64,000 nt of DNA. Origin: Patescibacteria group bacterium (GTDB lineage: Bacteria; Patescibacteriota; Microgenomatia; Levybacterales; UBA12049). The DNA lies in NCBI GenBank assembly GCA_041743715.1, contig JBGTMH010000032.1, forward strand, positions 131 to 64,130. The letters run 5' to 3'. The position numbers and the translations under genes are program-made. Each line of letters begins with the position of its first letter. Position 1 is the stretch's first letter. Below, in pieces: positions 19,629 to 27,915 of this stretch. Under the pieces are notes generated by a model. The model made no database searches, had not been told where the DNA came from, and saw only the letters and a program-made list of their open reading frames with translations.

Positions 19629-20387
19629 TTACTTTAACACAAATTTTTCAATAACATCCGCTATTCCGTCTTCATCTACCGATGGGGCAACATAGTCAGC
19701 AATTGCCTTCAAGTCTTCGACAGCATTTCCCATTGCAACTTTTAAACCGCACGCCATAAATAAAGGAAAATCATTGTAATGGTCTCCAACAGCAATTACT
19801 TCTTCTTTTGAAATCCCAAGTATCTCAAAATATTTTAATACCGCATGTTGTTTTGTTGCTTCTGCGTTAGAAACATAAACATCAAGAAATTCTTTGCCTT
19901 CATATGCTCCTGCTCTTACTATAGAAAGATTTTTAAACTTTATCTCAAGTTGTTGTATTAATTTTTCTGCTTCTACTGAAGCTAATCCATGTATAGAAAC
20001 TTTTCTCACTTTTACATTTTTAGGAATTTCTGTGAGATTTTTCAAAATTACAGTATCACACGAAACTCGTGTTAATGGGTATTTATTTGTTATGGAAAGT
20101 ATTTTGTTCGTCTCTTCGTGAGATAATGATGCTTCCCAGAGTACAGCTCCTGTACCAGCATCAACGATAACTGCACCATTGTCTGTAATAATGGGAGATG
20201 TAAGCTTAAGAATTTTTGTAAGGTATTCAACTAAAAAGAAAGGCCTGCCTGTCGCAAGACTAAATGTAATTCCACGTTCTTGAGCCGACTCTACTACTTG
20301 GATAACCTTTGCAGAAAGCAACGCGTGTTCAACAATAGGAGTTAGTGTCCCATCAATATCTGAAATAATAGCTTTATATTTTTGCAT
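19629..20387 (-). CDS. HAD-IIB (Cof-type) phosphatase
   Basis: The internal start MQKYKAIISDIDGTL carries HAD motif I (DxDGT). Also present are LATGRPF and VIAVGDHYNDFPLF (motif IV). The track ORF extends to 20444. Confidence 0.8.
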   Translation of the reverse strand: MQKYKAIISDIDGTLTPIVEHALLSAKVIQVVESAQERGITFSLATGRPFFLVEYLTKILKLTSPIITDNGAVIVDAGTGAVLWEASLSHEETNKILSITNKYPLTRVSCDTVILKNLTEIPKNVKVRKVSIHGLASVEAEKLIQQLEIKFKNLSIVRAGAYEGKEFLDVYVSNAEATKQHAVLKYFEILGISKEEVIAVGDHYNDFPLFMACGLKVAMGNAVEDLKAIADYVAPSVDEDGIADVIEKFVLK

Positions 20388-20471
20388 TAAAGAGAGTATA
20401 TCAAAAAGGTGATAGTAAAATAGGTAGATTTCGTTTGTTGGCAAGTCTAGATTCGAACAGAAACTCTATCC

Positions 20472-21977
20472 TCACTCCCGTTTACGGAAAATAGTAACCG
20501 TGTCATCCCGATATACCTCATTCCAACCCAATTGTTTCAATTGCGGCACGAGGTATGAAAAAGACATTTCTGCTGAGAAGAATTTCTTGAGTAGATTATT
20601 TTTCTCGATATCGATGCCGAGAATTTTTATATTCTCTTTTTCCAACTCGTTGGTGGGAATAAGGACAGTATCAATGCCGTACTTGTCGGCAACCGATGCA
20701 AACGTTACTTTCTTCGTCAGTACTTTTTTATAATCCCCAAATGCGTATTTACTTTCATTGTTAGGAGCATTTTCGTATCGCCAGCTCGGCATTCGGCCAT
20801 CGATAAAGACTTTTTTCTCTGGTAATTGCCAAATCAAATATCCTCCCCAATCATATGGCGCAAAAATCTGGCCAGTAGGGATATGGTTCTTTAGATACGT
20901 AACTGCTGTTTGCGGATAAGGACTTTTTCCTTTCTCATGAATGGAGACACCATAAAAAAAAGCAGCCAGTTGTGGCAGAAAAAGACACAATGAGACAATC
21001 AGAAAACCTGTATAAGCTTTTTTGAACCGCTCCAGACCATACTTGTGCTTGCCCGCTTCCTCAGCAAGATACGAAATCCCTTGTACTGTCAGATAAAAAG
21101 ATGCAATAACAAATAAGGGAAGATTTCTCATACTTGCTAGTCCTGAAATTAAAAGTAAAAAATAGATAACTAATACGGTCGGAGAAAATCTGCGCCAATA
21201 GCGGAGGAGTAAAAAAACCGAAAACATGACATAGACCCAAAAAGAAATATTGGTAAAATAAATCGCAGGATACCACTCCTGAATCTCCGAGCGCAGTGAC
21301 GTATCGGTGAGTGATTTCGTCACCTCGATCCATAATTGATACCCGTATGGATTAAGAAGCGTTGCAACAAGAGAGAAAAAGAAAACCAAAAAATCACTCG
21401 CAATAACTTGACGCTTCTCAATACTCCGTCCCACAACAAAAATTCCTAACACAACAATCCCGATAGCAAAGCCGCCGTGCAGATTTGCCCAGACTAAAAA
21501 CACTAATGGTAAAATAAACCGCCACTTTTTCCACAAATCTTTGTGCAGGAGAACACCCATCAAAAATGCCAGAAAAACCCAAGTAATGATCTGCATTCGA
21601 ATCCCTATGAATTCAAATAATGTACCAGCAACGAGAAATAACGGAATACTTGCCCACTTTTTCTCAACTCCTCTCAGAAGTAACATCAAAGCACTCACAC
21701 CAAGTAACGCAAACCCCACGATCAAAGGCCATATACCAAACGTATTATATGTTCTTGCCAAAACCACATCTGCCAGCCATTCATGATCGACAAATGGATA
21801 ACTCGGCATCGTATACGAATACGGATCAGTCTGCGGAATTCCTTTTTCAGCAATAAGCTCACCTACCCGAAGATGCCACCCAAAATCCGGATCTTGCGTT
21901 GCAAGTCCTCTCAATATAAAACAAATAGCTATGGCAACCAAAAGAAAAACCAAGAACTTGTGGGACCTACGCCTCAT
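20472..21977 (-). CDS. Polytopic membrane protein, GT-C-like (function unknown)
   Basis: About 500 aa with more than 10 TM helices. The N-terminal loop motif DPDFGWHLRVGE..DPYSYT..FVDHEWL is seen in uncharacterised glycosyltransferase-like membrane proteins. I chose the start MRRRSHKF to avoid overlap with smpB. Confidence 0.5.
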   Translation of the reverse strand: MRRRSHKFLVFLLVAIAICFILRGLATQDPDFGWHLRVGELIAEKGIPQTDPYSYTMPSYPFVDHEWLADVVLARTYNTFGIWPLIVGFALLGVSALMLLLRGVEKKWASIPLFLVAGTLFEFIGIRMQIITWVFLAFLMGVLLHKDLWKKWRFILPLVFLVWANLHGGFAIGIVVLGIFVVGRSIEKRQVIASDFLVFFFSLVATLLNPYGYQLWIEVTKSLTDTSLRSEIQEWYPAIYFTNISFWVYVMFSVFLLLRYWRRFSPTVLVIYFLLLISGLASMRNLPLFVIASFYLTVQGISYLAEEAGKHKYGLERFKKAYTGFLIVSLCLFLPQLAAFFYGVSIHEKGKSPYPQTAVTYLKNHIPTGQIFAPYDWGGYLIWQLPEKKVFIDGRMPSWRYENAPNNESKYAFGDYKKVLTKKVTFASVADKYGIDTVLIPTNELEKENIKILGIDIEKNNLLKKFFSAEMSFSYLVPQLKQLGWNEVYRDDTVTIFRKRE

Positions 21978-22011
21978 TGTTTTATTGTATATCAATTCGT
22001 ATAATGAAGAC

Positions 22012-22452
22012 ATGAAAATTGTGAATCGCAAAGCTTTTTATAACTATACGATCCTTGAACGGTTTGAGGCTGGGATAAACCTGCTTGGCGCTGAAGTAAA
22101 AGCAGTGCGGCTGGGTCATGCTGATTTATCAGGAAGCTTTGTCCGAATCATCGGGAGTGAAGCGTATTTAGTGAATGCCAAAATATTCCCTTACGAATTT
22201 GCCCGACTCGATAGTTATGACAGCAACCGTACACGAAAGCTTCTTTTACACAAAAAACAAATCATTTCCACAAAGTCAAAGATGGATGGATCGAGCTTGA
22301 CAATCGTGCCTGTTTCATTGTATACTAAGCAGAATCTCATCAAGCTTGAATTGGCCCTTGCCAAGGCTAAAAAACAGTTTGAGAAGAAAGAAGCAATCAA
22401 AAATCAGGACATTGACCGGGAAATAGAGCAAGAGTTAAAAAATTTCAAGTAA
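22012..22452 (+). CDS. smpB: SsrA-binding protein SmpB
   Basis: The ATG at 22012 gives MKIVNRKAFYNYTILERFEAGINLLGAEVKA..RTRKLLLHKKQI, which is canonical SmpB. The tmRNA gene follows. Confidence 0.9.
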   Translation: MKIVNRKAFYNYTILERFEAGINLLGAEVKAVRLGHADLSGSFVRIIGSEAYLVNAKIFPYEFARLDSYDSNRTRKLLLHKKQIISTKSKMDGSSLTIVPVSLYTKQNLIKLELALAKAKKQFEKKEAIKNQDIDREIEQELKNFK

Positions 22453-22537
22453 GTTATTTGAAATTACTTGCTGAATCGATATTCGCCTTACTTTTTTGAA
22501 TTTGGGGGACCTGTCCCCCGAAGCTCAAAGAGCGAAG

Positions 22538-22962
22538 GGGGATGACTTGATTCGACGAGAAAAGTACCTTAAAACTGCAAGCCGACGATGATCAATAGTC
22601 GTAAAACTGGTCAAAAAATAAATGCTGATTCTAGCATAAAAGCAAAGCTGGAAGCGATGCGTGAGGAAACTCTTGCTGAGCTCCATGCCCTTACCGGCAA
22701 CAGCTTTGTTGGCCAAAAAGCTTTGGCATACGCCTAAGCTCTAAAGCCTGTTTATACACGTCTTCCCTCACTGGGACTGTATAGGCACAAAACAGGTGAG
22801 GAAAATAGTAAAAAGTTTGGTTACGCTTTTACTATTATAAGTAACCTATACTTTGTTACTCCAGCCGACAGGAAACGGCAAAGTGAATTTTAATAATCGG
22901 CTACGCTTGTAGATGTTTTAACTAATTTTACTCGGACTCGGTATCATTCACCGACATCTCCA
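22538..22962 (+). ncRNA. ssrA: tmRNA (SsrA)
   Basis: The 5' end GGGGATGACTTGATTCGACGAG matches the tmRNA consensus. The 3' end has a T-arm (TCGGT ATCATTC ACCGA) and CATCTCC-A, which pairs with the 5' GGGGATG to give a G3:U wobble. An internal frame ends ..GGC AAC AGC TTT GTT GGC CAA AAA GCT TTG GCA TAC GCC TAA, with the stop at 22735-22737. CCA is not encoded. Confidence 0.8.
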
Positions 22963-22970
22963 CAAAAAAA

Positions 22971-22994
22971 ATCCGCTTAATTGCGGATTTTTTA
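22971..22994 (+). terminator. Rho-independent terminator after tmRNA
   Basis: The stem is ATCCGC (22971-22976) with GCGGAT (22983-22988), loop TTAATT, followed by TTTTTT. An A-run precedes it, so it could act in both directions. Confidence 0.6.
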
Positions 22995-23067
22995 TTTGCA
23001 AACTCAAAATTATCTACCATTACAGGCAGAATTGGTGTAACGTTTATTTTTTTGCTACTATTATTAT

Positions 23068-23763
23068 ATGTGTTGGTCGGCATCAGCAAGTATTGCAGCA
23101 ACAGCGCTCGGCGGAGCAGCAACGGTTTATGCTGCAAAAAAAAAGGTGCCAAAGATACGTACGTTCACACTTGCGTTCTTCACGCTCATGGAATTGCTCC
23201 AGGCAGTTTCTTATATCTGGATCAATCAATGTGATGTAAGCGGAAATGTGTTGCTTACACAACTTAGTTATATCCATATAGCATTTCAGATACCTATCGT
23301 GAATGCTTTTATGCTTTCATTTCTTCCCGAGAAGAAGAGAAAAAAATGGTTTAGGCCGGTTATGATCATATCCTTTATCGCAACACTGCTGCTGCTCTTG
23401 AAGTTGTTCGTCCCGGTGGTATGGAACATACCGAAAGAATTGATGTGTAAAATAGGAGAGCCCTTGTGCGGTACCAATGCGTGTTCCTATCAAGGGAACT
23501 GGCATTTGGCATGGAGACTCCCATTATTGGGATTTGATCCGTTTACGCTTGTCTATTTTATACCTGTGTTCATCCTTCCTATTCTCTACGGATGTTGGCG
23601 TTTGTCATTATTTCATTTCATATTCGGACCGATGCTCGCATTTTTATTGACTACTGATCGCAACGAAGCTCCTGCCATCTGGTGTCTTTTTTCGATAGCA
23701 ATCCTTGGTGCAATATTCTTCAAGCCACTTAAAAGGTGGCTCGAAACCCCGATGCGGAGATAG
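23068..23763 (+). CDS. Hypothetical polytopic membrane protein
   Basis: 231-aa ORF starting MCWSASASIAATALGG, with about 6 TM helices and several conserved-looking Cys. No function assigned. Confidence 0.5.
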   Translation: MCWSASASIAATALGGAATVYAAKKKVPKIRTFTLAFFTLMELLQAVSYIWINQCDVSGNVLLTQLSYIHIAFQIPIVNAFMLSFLPEKKRKKWFRPVMIISFIATLLLLLKLFVPVVWNIPKELMCKIGEPLCGTNACSYQGNWHLAWRLPLLGFDPFTLVYFIPVFILPILYGCWRLSLFHFIFGPMLAFLLTTDRNEAPAIWCLFSIAILGAIFFKPLKRWLETPMRR

Positions 23764-23779
23764 ATTTTTTGAAATCAAA

Positions 23780-24109
23780 TTACAACTTTGCAGTAAAGAG
23801 GTTTATTAGTGATACCAAGAAGCTAAAGAGTACCGCCCACCAAAATCCGTCTACTTGAAATCCCGGGACAATAAGGTCTGTTAGAAGAATAAGTAAAGCG
23901 TTTATGACCAAAAGAAAAAGGCCAAATGTTATTAGTGTAATTGGGAGCGTGAGAACGATGAGAAGCGGTTTTACTAAAAGATTTAAAACTCCCAGAACAA
24001 GTGCTACCACAAGAGCTGTTAAGAAATTTTCTATGTGCACTCCCGGTAGTATGTAAGCGACAACGATGATTACCAAGGCATTGACGAGCCAATTAATAAG
24101 CATTCCCAT
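23780..24109 (-). CDS. Phage holin family IV / DUF360-like small membrane protein
   Basis: 109 aa. WLVNALVIIVVAYILPGVHIENF..ALVLGVLNLLVKPLL..LTLPITLITFGLFLLVINA closely follows that family pattern. Confidence 0.65.
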   Translation of the reverse strand: MGMLINWLVNALVIIVVAYILPGVHIENFLTALVVALVLGVLNLLVKPLLIVLTLPITLITFGLFLLVINALLILLTDLIVPGFQVDGFWWAVLFSFLVSLINLFTAKL

Positions 24110-24151
24110 AATCCCAATTATAGCACAGCAATATAAGAATTTTGTAAAAAA

Positions 24152-24841
24152 TTACTCTCCGTGCGCCAGCGTAAGTCCCCATACTTTTTCTACTCCAGCT
24201 TTTTTCAATACCTTTGCAGCTTCGCGGAGTGTCGCGCCAGATGTAGCGACATCATCCACCAAAAATACTTGAGGAAAATTTGATGCATTCTTGCCTTTTA
24301 ACGCAAACGCGTCTTTGATGTTTTCTTGTCTTTTCTCCTTTGTAAGGCCCACTTGTGTCTTCGTTTCCTTTACCCGATCGAGACAATCGACAACAGGCAT
24401 TCCAAACTGCTTTGCCAAACCATCAGCCAAAAGTCGTGCTTGATTATATCCCCGTTTTCGAAATTTTTTCGTATGCAAAGGGATGGGAACAAGTATGGAT
24501 GGTGTCTTAAGTAAGCAATAGAATTGCTCTTTCTGAATAATTCCCTCATAAAAAAGATCCGTCATAAGCGTTTGTAAGTCTGTAAGATACGGCGGATATT
24601 TAAAGGTATATACCATTTTTTTAACAACACCTTTATACACCAAACTCGAGAAAACACCATCAATACCGTATCTCGTCCGGCAAACAGGATGCGTCACGCC
24701 CCCAATCGCCTGCTTCTGACAAACAGCACAGACCATATATTCAAGAAACGTAATATAAGAAAAACACTTCGGACAGACATAAGACCCCATCTTGTTACAC
24801 TGCACACAGCGTTTGGGAAAGAGCAGGTCAAGAAGAGACAT
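24152..24841 (-). CDS. comF: ComF-family phosphoribosyltransferase-domain protein
   Basis: The start MSLLDLLFPKRCVQCNK carries a zinc-finger CxxC...CxxC. The C-terminus has the PRTase motif VFLVDDVATSGATL. The track ORF is extended across a tRNA gene from a GTG, which I consider spurious. Confidence 0.8.
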   Translation of the reverse strand: MSLLDLLFPKRCVQCNKMGSYVCPKCFSYITFLEYMVCAVCQKQAIGGVTHPVCRTRYGIDGVFSSLVYKGVVKKMVYTFKYPPYLTDLQTLMTDLFYEGIIQKEQFYCLLKTPSILVPIPLHTKKFRKRGYNQARLLADGLAKQFGMPVVDCLDRVKETKTQVGLTKEKRQENIKDAFALKGKNASNFPQVFLVDDVATSGATLREAAKVLKKAGVEKVWGLTLAHGE

Positions 24842-24879
24842 ATAAAAAGTGTAGCAAACAAAGAAGCTTTTATGTAGTG

Positions 24880-24967
24880 CGGAGGGAACAGGATTCGAAC
24901 CTGCGGTAGGGTTTACCCCCACGACTCCTTAGCAAGGAGTTACCTTAAACCACTCAGACATCCCTCC
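24880..24967 (-). tRNA. tRNA-Ser (anticodon GCU)
   Basis: The reverse complement is GGAGGGATG..ACTCC TTGCTAA GGAGT.. with a long variable arm, T-arm GCAGG TTCGAAT CCTGT, acceptor TCCCTCC and discriminator G. Confidence 0.85.
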
Positions 24968-24988
24968 TTAGCGATACTGGTATATGGG

Positions 24989-25073
24989 CGGAGAGAGCGA
25001 GATTCGAACTCGCGGAATCTTACGAATCGACGGTTTAGTAAACCGTTACCATAGGCCACTCGGTCATCTCTCC
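24989..25073 (-). tRNA. Class II Ser-type tRNA whose anticodon loop reads UUACUAA (anticodon ACU)
   Basis: The reverse complement is GGAGAGA TG ACC GAGTGGCCTAT GGT A ACGGT TTACTAA ACCGT CGATTCGTAAGATTCC GCGAG TTCGAAT CTCGC TCTCTCC G. All stems are intact, the variable arm is long and the discriminator is G. Confidence 0.6.
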
Positions 25074-25489
25074 AATTGATGCGGACAAATACTACCATAT
25101 CTGGTTGCCCAATTACAATTCATACAAAGAATTCTATACCCTATTGGAAAGCTATTTTTCTTTAACCATCTATACATATGTACCCCACTTATATTATAAC
25201 CGAATAATTCCTTCCTTTGCTTATTACCATTTCCTTTTTCATGATCTATTGTTAGGAACTGCAGTATGCTTATACCACAACAACTGCATTCTTTTCCATA
25301 ATAGCCAAAGCATTCATTTCTTAGTTTTACTATTGCCTTTTTCGAAGTACTTCTGCCCCTAATCCTATCTTTCTCCCTATGGTAGGTACAGTAAGTTGTG
25401 CTCCCCTCAGCCACGGGTAATGGACAAACTCTACATAATCCAAGTGCTTTATGCCGTAATGCATAATCTTTTCTACTCATATTGCACAA
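25064..25489 (-). CDS. HNH / endonuclease VII-like nuclease
   Basis: 141 aa with Cys-rich zinc-ribbon-like motifs (CRVCP..CTYH). The core CSCCG..LTIDHEKGNG...ILCMNCNWA resembles HNH/EndoVII homing-type nucleases. It sits between tRNA genes. Confidence 0.55.
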   Translation of the reverse strand: MCNMSRKDYALRHKALGLCRVCPLPVAEGSTTYCTYHREKDRIRGRSTSKKAIVKLRNECFGYYGKECSCCGISILQFLTIDHEKGNGNKQRKELFGYNISGVHMYRWLKKNSFPIGYRILCMNCNWATRYGSICPHQLER

Positions 25490-25555
25490 ATACTAACTAT
25501 AGAAAAAACTCTACTTAAACTATAGCACATTTGCGACTAAACACCTACTTGGGTG

Positions 25556-25642
25556 CGGAGAGGGTGGGATTCGAACCCACGGAAGTCTTACAACCTCAGT
25601 GCTTTTCAAGAGCACCGCACTCGACCTCTATGCGACCTCTCC
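25556..25642 (-). tRNA. tRNA-Ser (anticodon UGA)
   Basis: The reverse complement is GGAGAGGTCGCATAGAGGTCGAGTGCG GTGCT CTTGAAA AGCAC.. with a long variable arm, T-arm GTGGG TTCGAAT CCCAC, then CCTCTCC G. Confidence 0.85.
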
Positions 25643-25701
25643 ATGTGTTGCCTATTATATCATTTCTTGACTTCCTTTTTCTAATAAGTTAGAGTGAAAT
25701 T

Positions 25702-26286
25702 ATGACCCGTTCTCCAAATCTTTCAGTAGAAAATGGTGACTACCCGCAGTTAGAAGAGGATTATTCTTTCGATGATTTGGATACGAGCCGCGAAGTAAAA
25801 ACGTTTTTATCTTGGCATGCTCCTGGTAGGCCCTATAAAAAGCGTTCAAAAGAATATTACGTTAACTGCTTGCTTATCACCCTCGCTCTTGAAATCATCC
25901 TGTTTCTTTTTACAGAATATGTGCTCATGCTCGTCGTTTTTTCACTTGCGTTTCTCGCCTTTGCGCTAGCAGCGATCCCACCTCATATGTTTTACTATCG
26001 AATCAGTAGTGAGGGAATTCGAGTTGAAGATCATTACTTTATATGGGACGAGCTTTATGATTTTTATTTTATGAAACGTCTTGGACAAGATGTATTGCAT
26101 GTACGCACCAAAGCGTACTTCCCAGGAGAACTGACTATCGTACTTGGTGATATCCCAGTGAATCAAATAAAAACTGTTATGCTCCCCTTCCTGCCTTTCC
26201 GTGAATACGTTAAGCCTCCCTTTCTGGATAAAGCAGGCGACTGGCTGGAAAAAAACTTTCCACTCGAAAAACCCTCAGCTCAATAA
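25702..26286 (+). CDS. Hypothetical membrane protein
   Basis: 194-aa ORF with an acidic N-terminus, two TM helices (LLITLALEIILFLF, MLVVFSLAFLAFALAAI) and a soluble C-terminal domain. Confidence 0.5.
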   Translation: MTRSPNLSVENGDYPQLEEDYSFDDLDTSREVKTFLSWHAPGRPYKKRSKEYYVNCLLITLALEIILFLFTEYVLMLVVFSLAFLAFALAAIPPHMFYYRISSEGIRVEDHYFIWDELYDFYFMKRLGQDVLHVRTKAYFPGELTIVLGDIPVNQIKTVMLPFLPFREYVKPPFLDKAGDWLEKNFPLEKPSAQ

Positions 26287-26395
26287 CTCCCATTCAGTGG
26301 TACGATTGTGATAAAATACACTTTGTATAAACCGTTTAGTGTTTAGTATAAAACTGGGTACAAATCCCTAGAACCTATTCCTAAACCCTAATTTC

Positions 26396-26445
26396 GCTCT
26401 CGTAGCTCAGTTGGATAGAGCGGTCGCCGCGGCGACAGGCCGGAG
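26396..26445 (+). pseudogene. Truncated tRNA-Arg-like 5' fragment
   Basis: GCTCTCG TA GCTCAGTTGGATAGAGC G has an acceptor and D-arm nearly identical to the two Arg tRNAs downstream. It continues into the 14-nt palindrome GTCGCCGCGGCGAC (only a 4-nt loop), then AGGCC GGAG. It stops mid T-stem, with no T-loop or 3' acceptor. Confidence 0.6.
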
Positions 26446-26450
26446 ATATA

Positions 26451-26702
26451 ATGTATTACATCTATATTTTAAGAAGCTTAAAAAATAGTAGGCTTTATAC
26501 TGGTTCAACTGAAGATCTCAACAAGAGATTAAATCAACATAATACGGGGATAAGTAAATATACTCGCTTAACTAGACCGTTCGAATTACTCTATACTGAA
26601 ACTTATAATACAAGATCCGAAGCAGTAAAAAGAGAGACATATTTAAAAACAGGCAAAGGCAGGGAAGAAATAAAAGAAATACTTAAGAATAAATTAACAT
26701 AA
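26451..26702 (+). CDS. Small GIY-YIG nuclease-family protein
   Basis: 83 aa. MYYIYILRSLKNSRLYTGSTEDLNKRLNQHN...R..E..LK matches the GIY-YIG motif, the Arg and the Glu of the family. The GGAG of the tRNA fragment sits 5 nt upstream of the ATG. Confidence 0.85.
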   Translation: MYYIYILRSLKNSRLYTGSTEDLNKRLNQHNTGISKYTRLTRPFELLYTETYNTRSEAVKRETYLKTGKGREEIKEILKNKLT

Positions 26703-26776
26703 GCACCCGTAGCTCAGTTGGATAGAGCGCAACATTGCGGATGTTGAGGCCGGAGGTTCGAATCCTCTCGGGTGTA
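26703..26776 (+). tRNA. tRNA-Arg (anticodon GCG)
   Basis: GCACCCG TA GCTCAGTTGGATAGAGC G CAACA TTGCGGA TGTTG AGGCC GGAGG TTCGAAT CCTCT CGGGTGT A. It starts at the nucleotide immediately after the GIY-YIG stop codon. Confidence 0.85.
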
Positions 26777-26782
26777 CTAAGG

Positions 26783-26869
26783 GGTGGGATGCGAGAGTGG
26801 TTGAATCGGATCGTCTCGAAAACGATTGTAGCTGTAAAGTTACCCCGGGTTCGAATCCCGGTCCCACCG
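26783..26869 (+). tRNA. tRNA-Ser (anticodon CGA)
   Basis: GGTGGGA TG CGA GAGTGGTTGAA TCG G ATCGT CTCGAAA ACGAT, then a long variable arm, CCGGG TTCGAAT CCCGG and TCCCACC G. Confidence 0.85.
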
Positions 26870-26878
26870 CCCCAACCC

Positions 26879-26952
26879 GCTCCCGTAGCTCAGTTGGATA
26901 GAGCACCAGATTCCGGATCTGGGGGTCGGAGGTTCAAATCCTCTCGGGAGTA
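26879..26952 (+). tRNA. tRNA-Arg (anticodon CCG)
   Basis: GCTCCCG TA GCTCAGTTGGATAGAGC A CCAGA TTCCGGA TCTGG GGGTC GGAGG TTCAAAT CCTCT CGGGAGT A. Confidence 0.85.
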
Positions 26953-26957
26953 CTTTT

Positions 26958-27797
26958 TTATCTTTTTCCTCTTCCGGATCCTTTATTGATCGCTGACATC
27001 TCTATAATAATGAGTATGTATAAAGCCGCTGCGATGATACTTCCTACCTTAAGCGTAAAGATGCTTCCGTCTTTTAGATATTCTGTCGCTTGTTTTATTT
27101 TTGTGCGATTTCTCTCGAGGAACCCTATTCGGTCCTTCTTTTCTTCTGATTCTTCCATAGCTTCGACTTTTTGAGCTTCTGTTTCAAGAGCAATATTTGC
27201 CTGCTGTTCAAGCGCCTCTATCTGCTGCTGTGACTGGGCTTGTTCCTGCTCTGGCAATTTTTCTCTTTCAATCTCTTCAGGCAACATTTCGAGAAGCTTC
27301 TTTTTTTCTTCCTCAAAAAGATTTGTGGATTCGAGAAACAAACTCCCCTCTTTTCGCGTAAACCCAACGTCATTTAACTGTTTGGCCAAATTGACTCTCT
27401 CTACATCATTCAGACTATTTTTCTCTCTCATCTGTTCAAGACCTGAAGCTAACTGTAACTGAGCAGGGGTTGCATTAGGGACAGCTTCTTTAACGGCTCC
27501 TGCCAATTTTCCCTCATCAGCAGGTTCCATTGGGCCTTCTGCTTGTCCTGCTGCGTTAAGTTGTGTTGAAACTGCTGCCGCAACTTCTGTAGGGTTACCT
27601 AACATACGACCATCAAATATTGGAGGGTCCGCACTAGTAGTCGCTGTATCCGGCAAAGTTCCTTCACCTTCAGTAAAAGCCGGTCTTTCTAACGGGCTTC
27701 TCTCTGTTGGATGTGGCTCGGTAGTAACCCTGGGTGTTGGTGTTGTATCTCTGTCAGGAGAAGAAGTTAGTTCCTCCGTTGATCTTCCATCATTCAT
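26958..27797 (-). CDS. Hypothetical tail-anchored coiled-coil protein
   Basis: 279-aa ORF with a disordered T/P/E-rich N-terminus and a Glu/Gln-rich coiled coil (QQQIEALEQQANIALETEAQKVEAMEE). There is a single C-terminal TM (IFTLKVGSIIAAALYILIIIEM). Confidence 0.5.
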   Translation of the reverse strand: MNDGRSTEELTSSPDRDTTPTPRVTTEPHPTERSPLERPAFTEGEGTLPDTATTSADPPIFDGRMLGNPTEVAAAVSTQLNAAGQAEGPMEPADEGKLAGAVKEAVPNATPAQLQLASGLEQMREKNSLNDVERVNLAKQLNDVGFTRKEGSLFLESTNLFEEEKKKLLEMLPEEIEREKLPEQEQAQSQQQIEALEQQANIALETEAQKVEAMEESEEKKDRIGFLERNRTKIKQATEYLKDGSIFTLKVGSIIAAALYILIIIEMSAINKGSGRGKR

Positions 27798-27915
27798 AAT
27801 TCTTATCCTCCCTTAAAATACTGCAATTGTCAAGAGAATACGTTATAATTACCACATGATTATAGGAAAAACTCATGCAATGCACTTGATATTTTCCTTA
27901 TAAAATACTCTCAAA

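Noticed and set aside
22504-22520. GGGGGAC-CT-GTCCCCC hairpin after smpB as a terminator
   Set aside because: No U-tract follows on either strand and it lies 18 nt before the tmRNA 5' end. I left it unassigned, as possibly part of the ssrA precursor or promoter context.
22525-22716. 63-aa minus-strand ORF
   Set aside because: It sits inside the tmRNA gene, antisense to the tag region, and has no start context or recognisable protein features.
26694-26989. Track ORFs 26694-26906 (-) and 26735-26989 (+)
   Set aside because: Both lie entirely across the tRNA-Arg/Ser/Arg genes. Their open frames are a by-product of the tRNA sequences, not coding regions.
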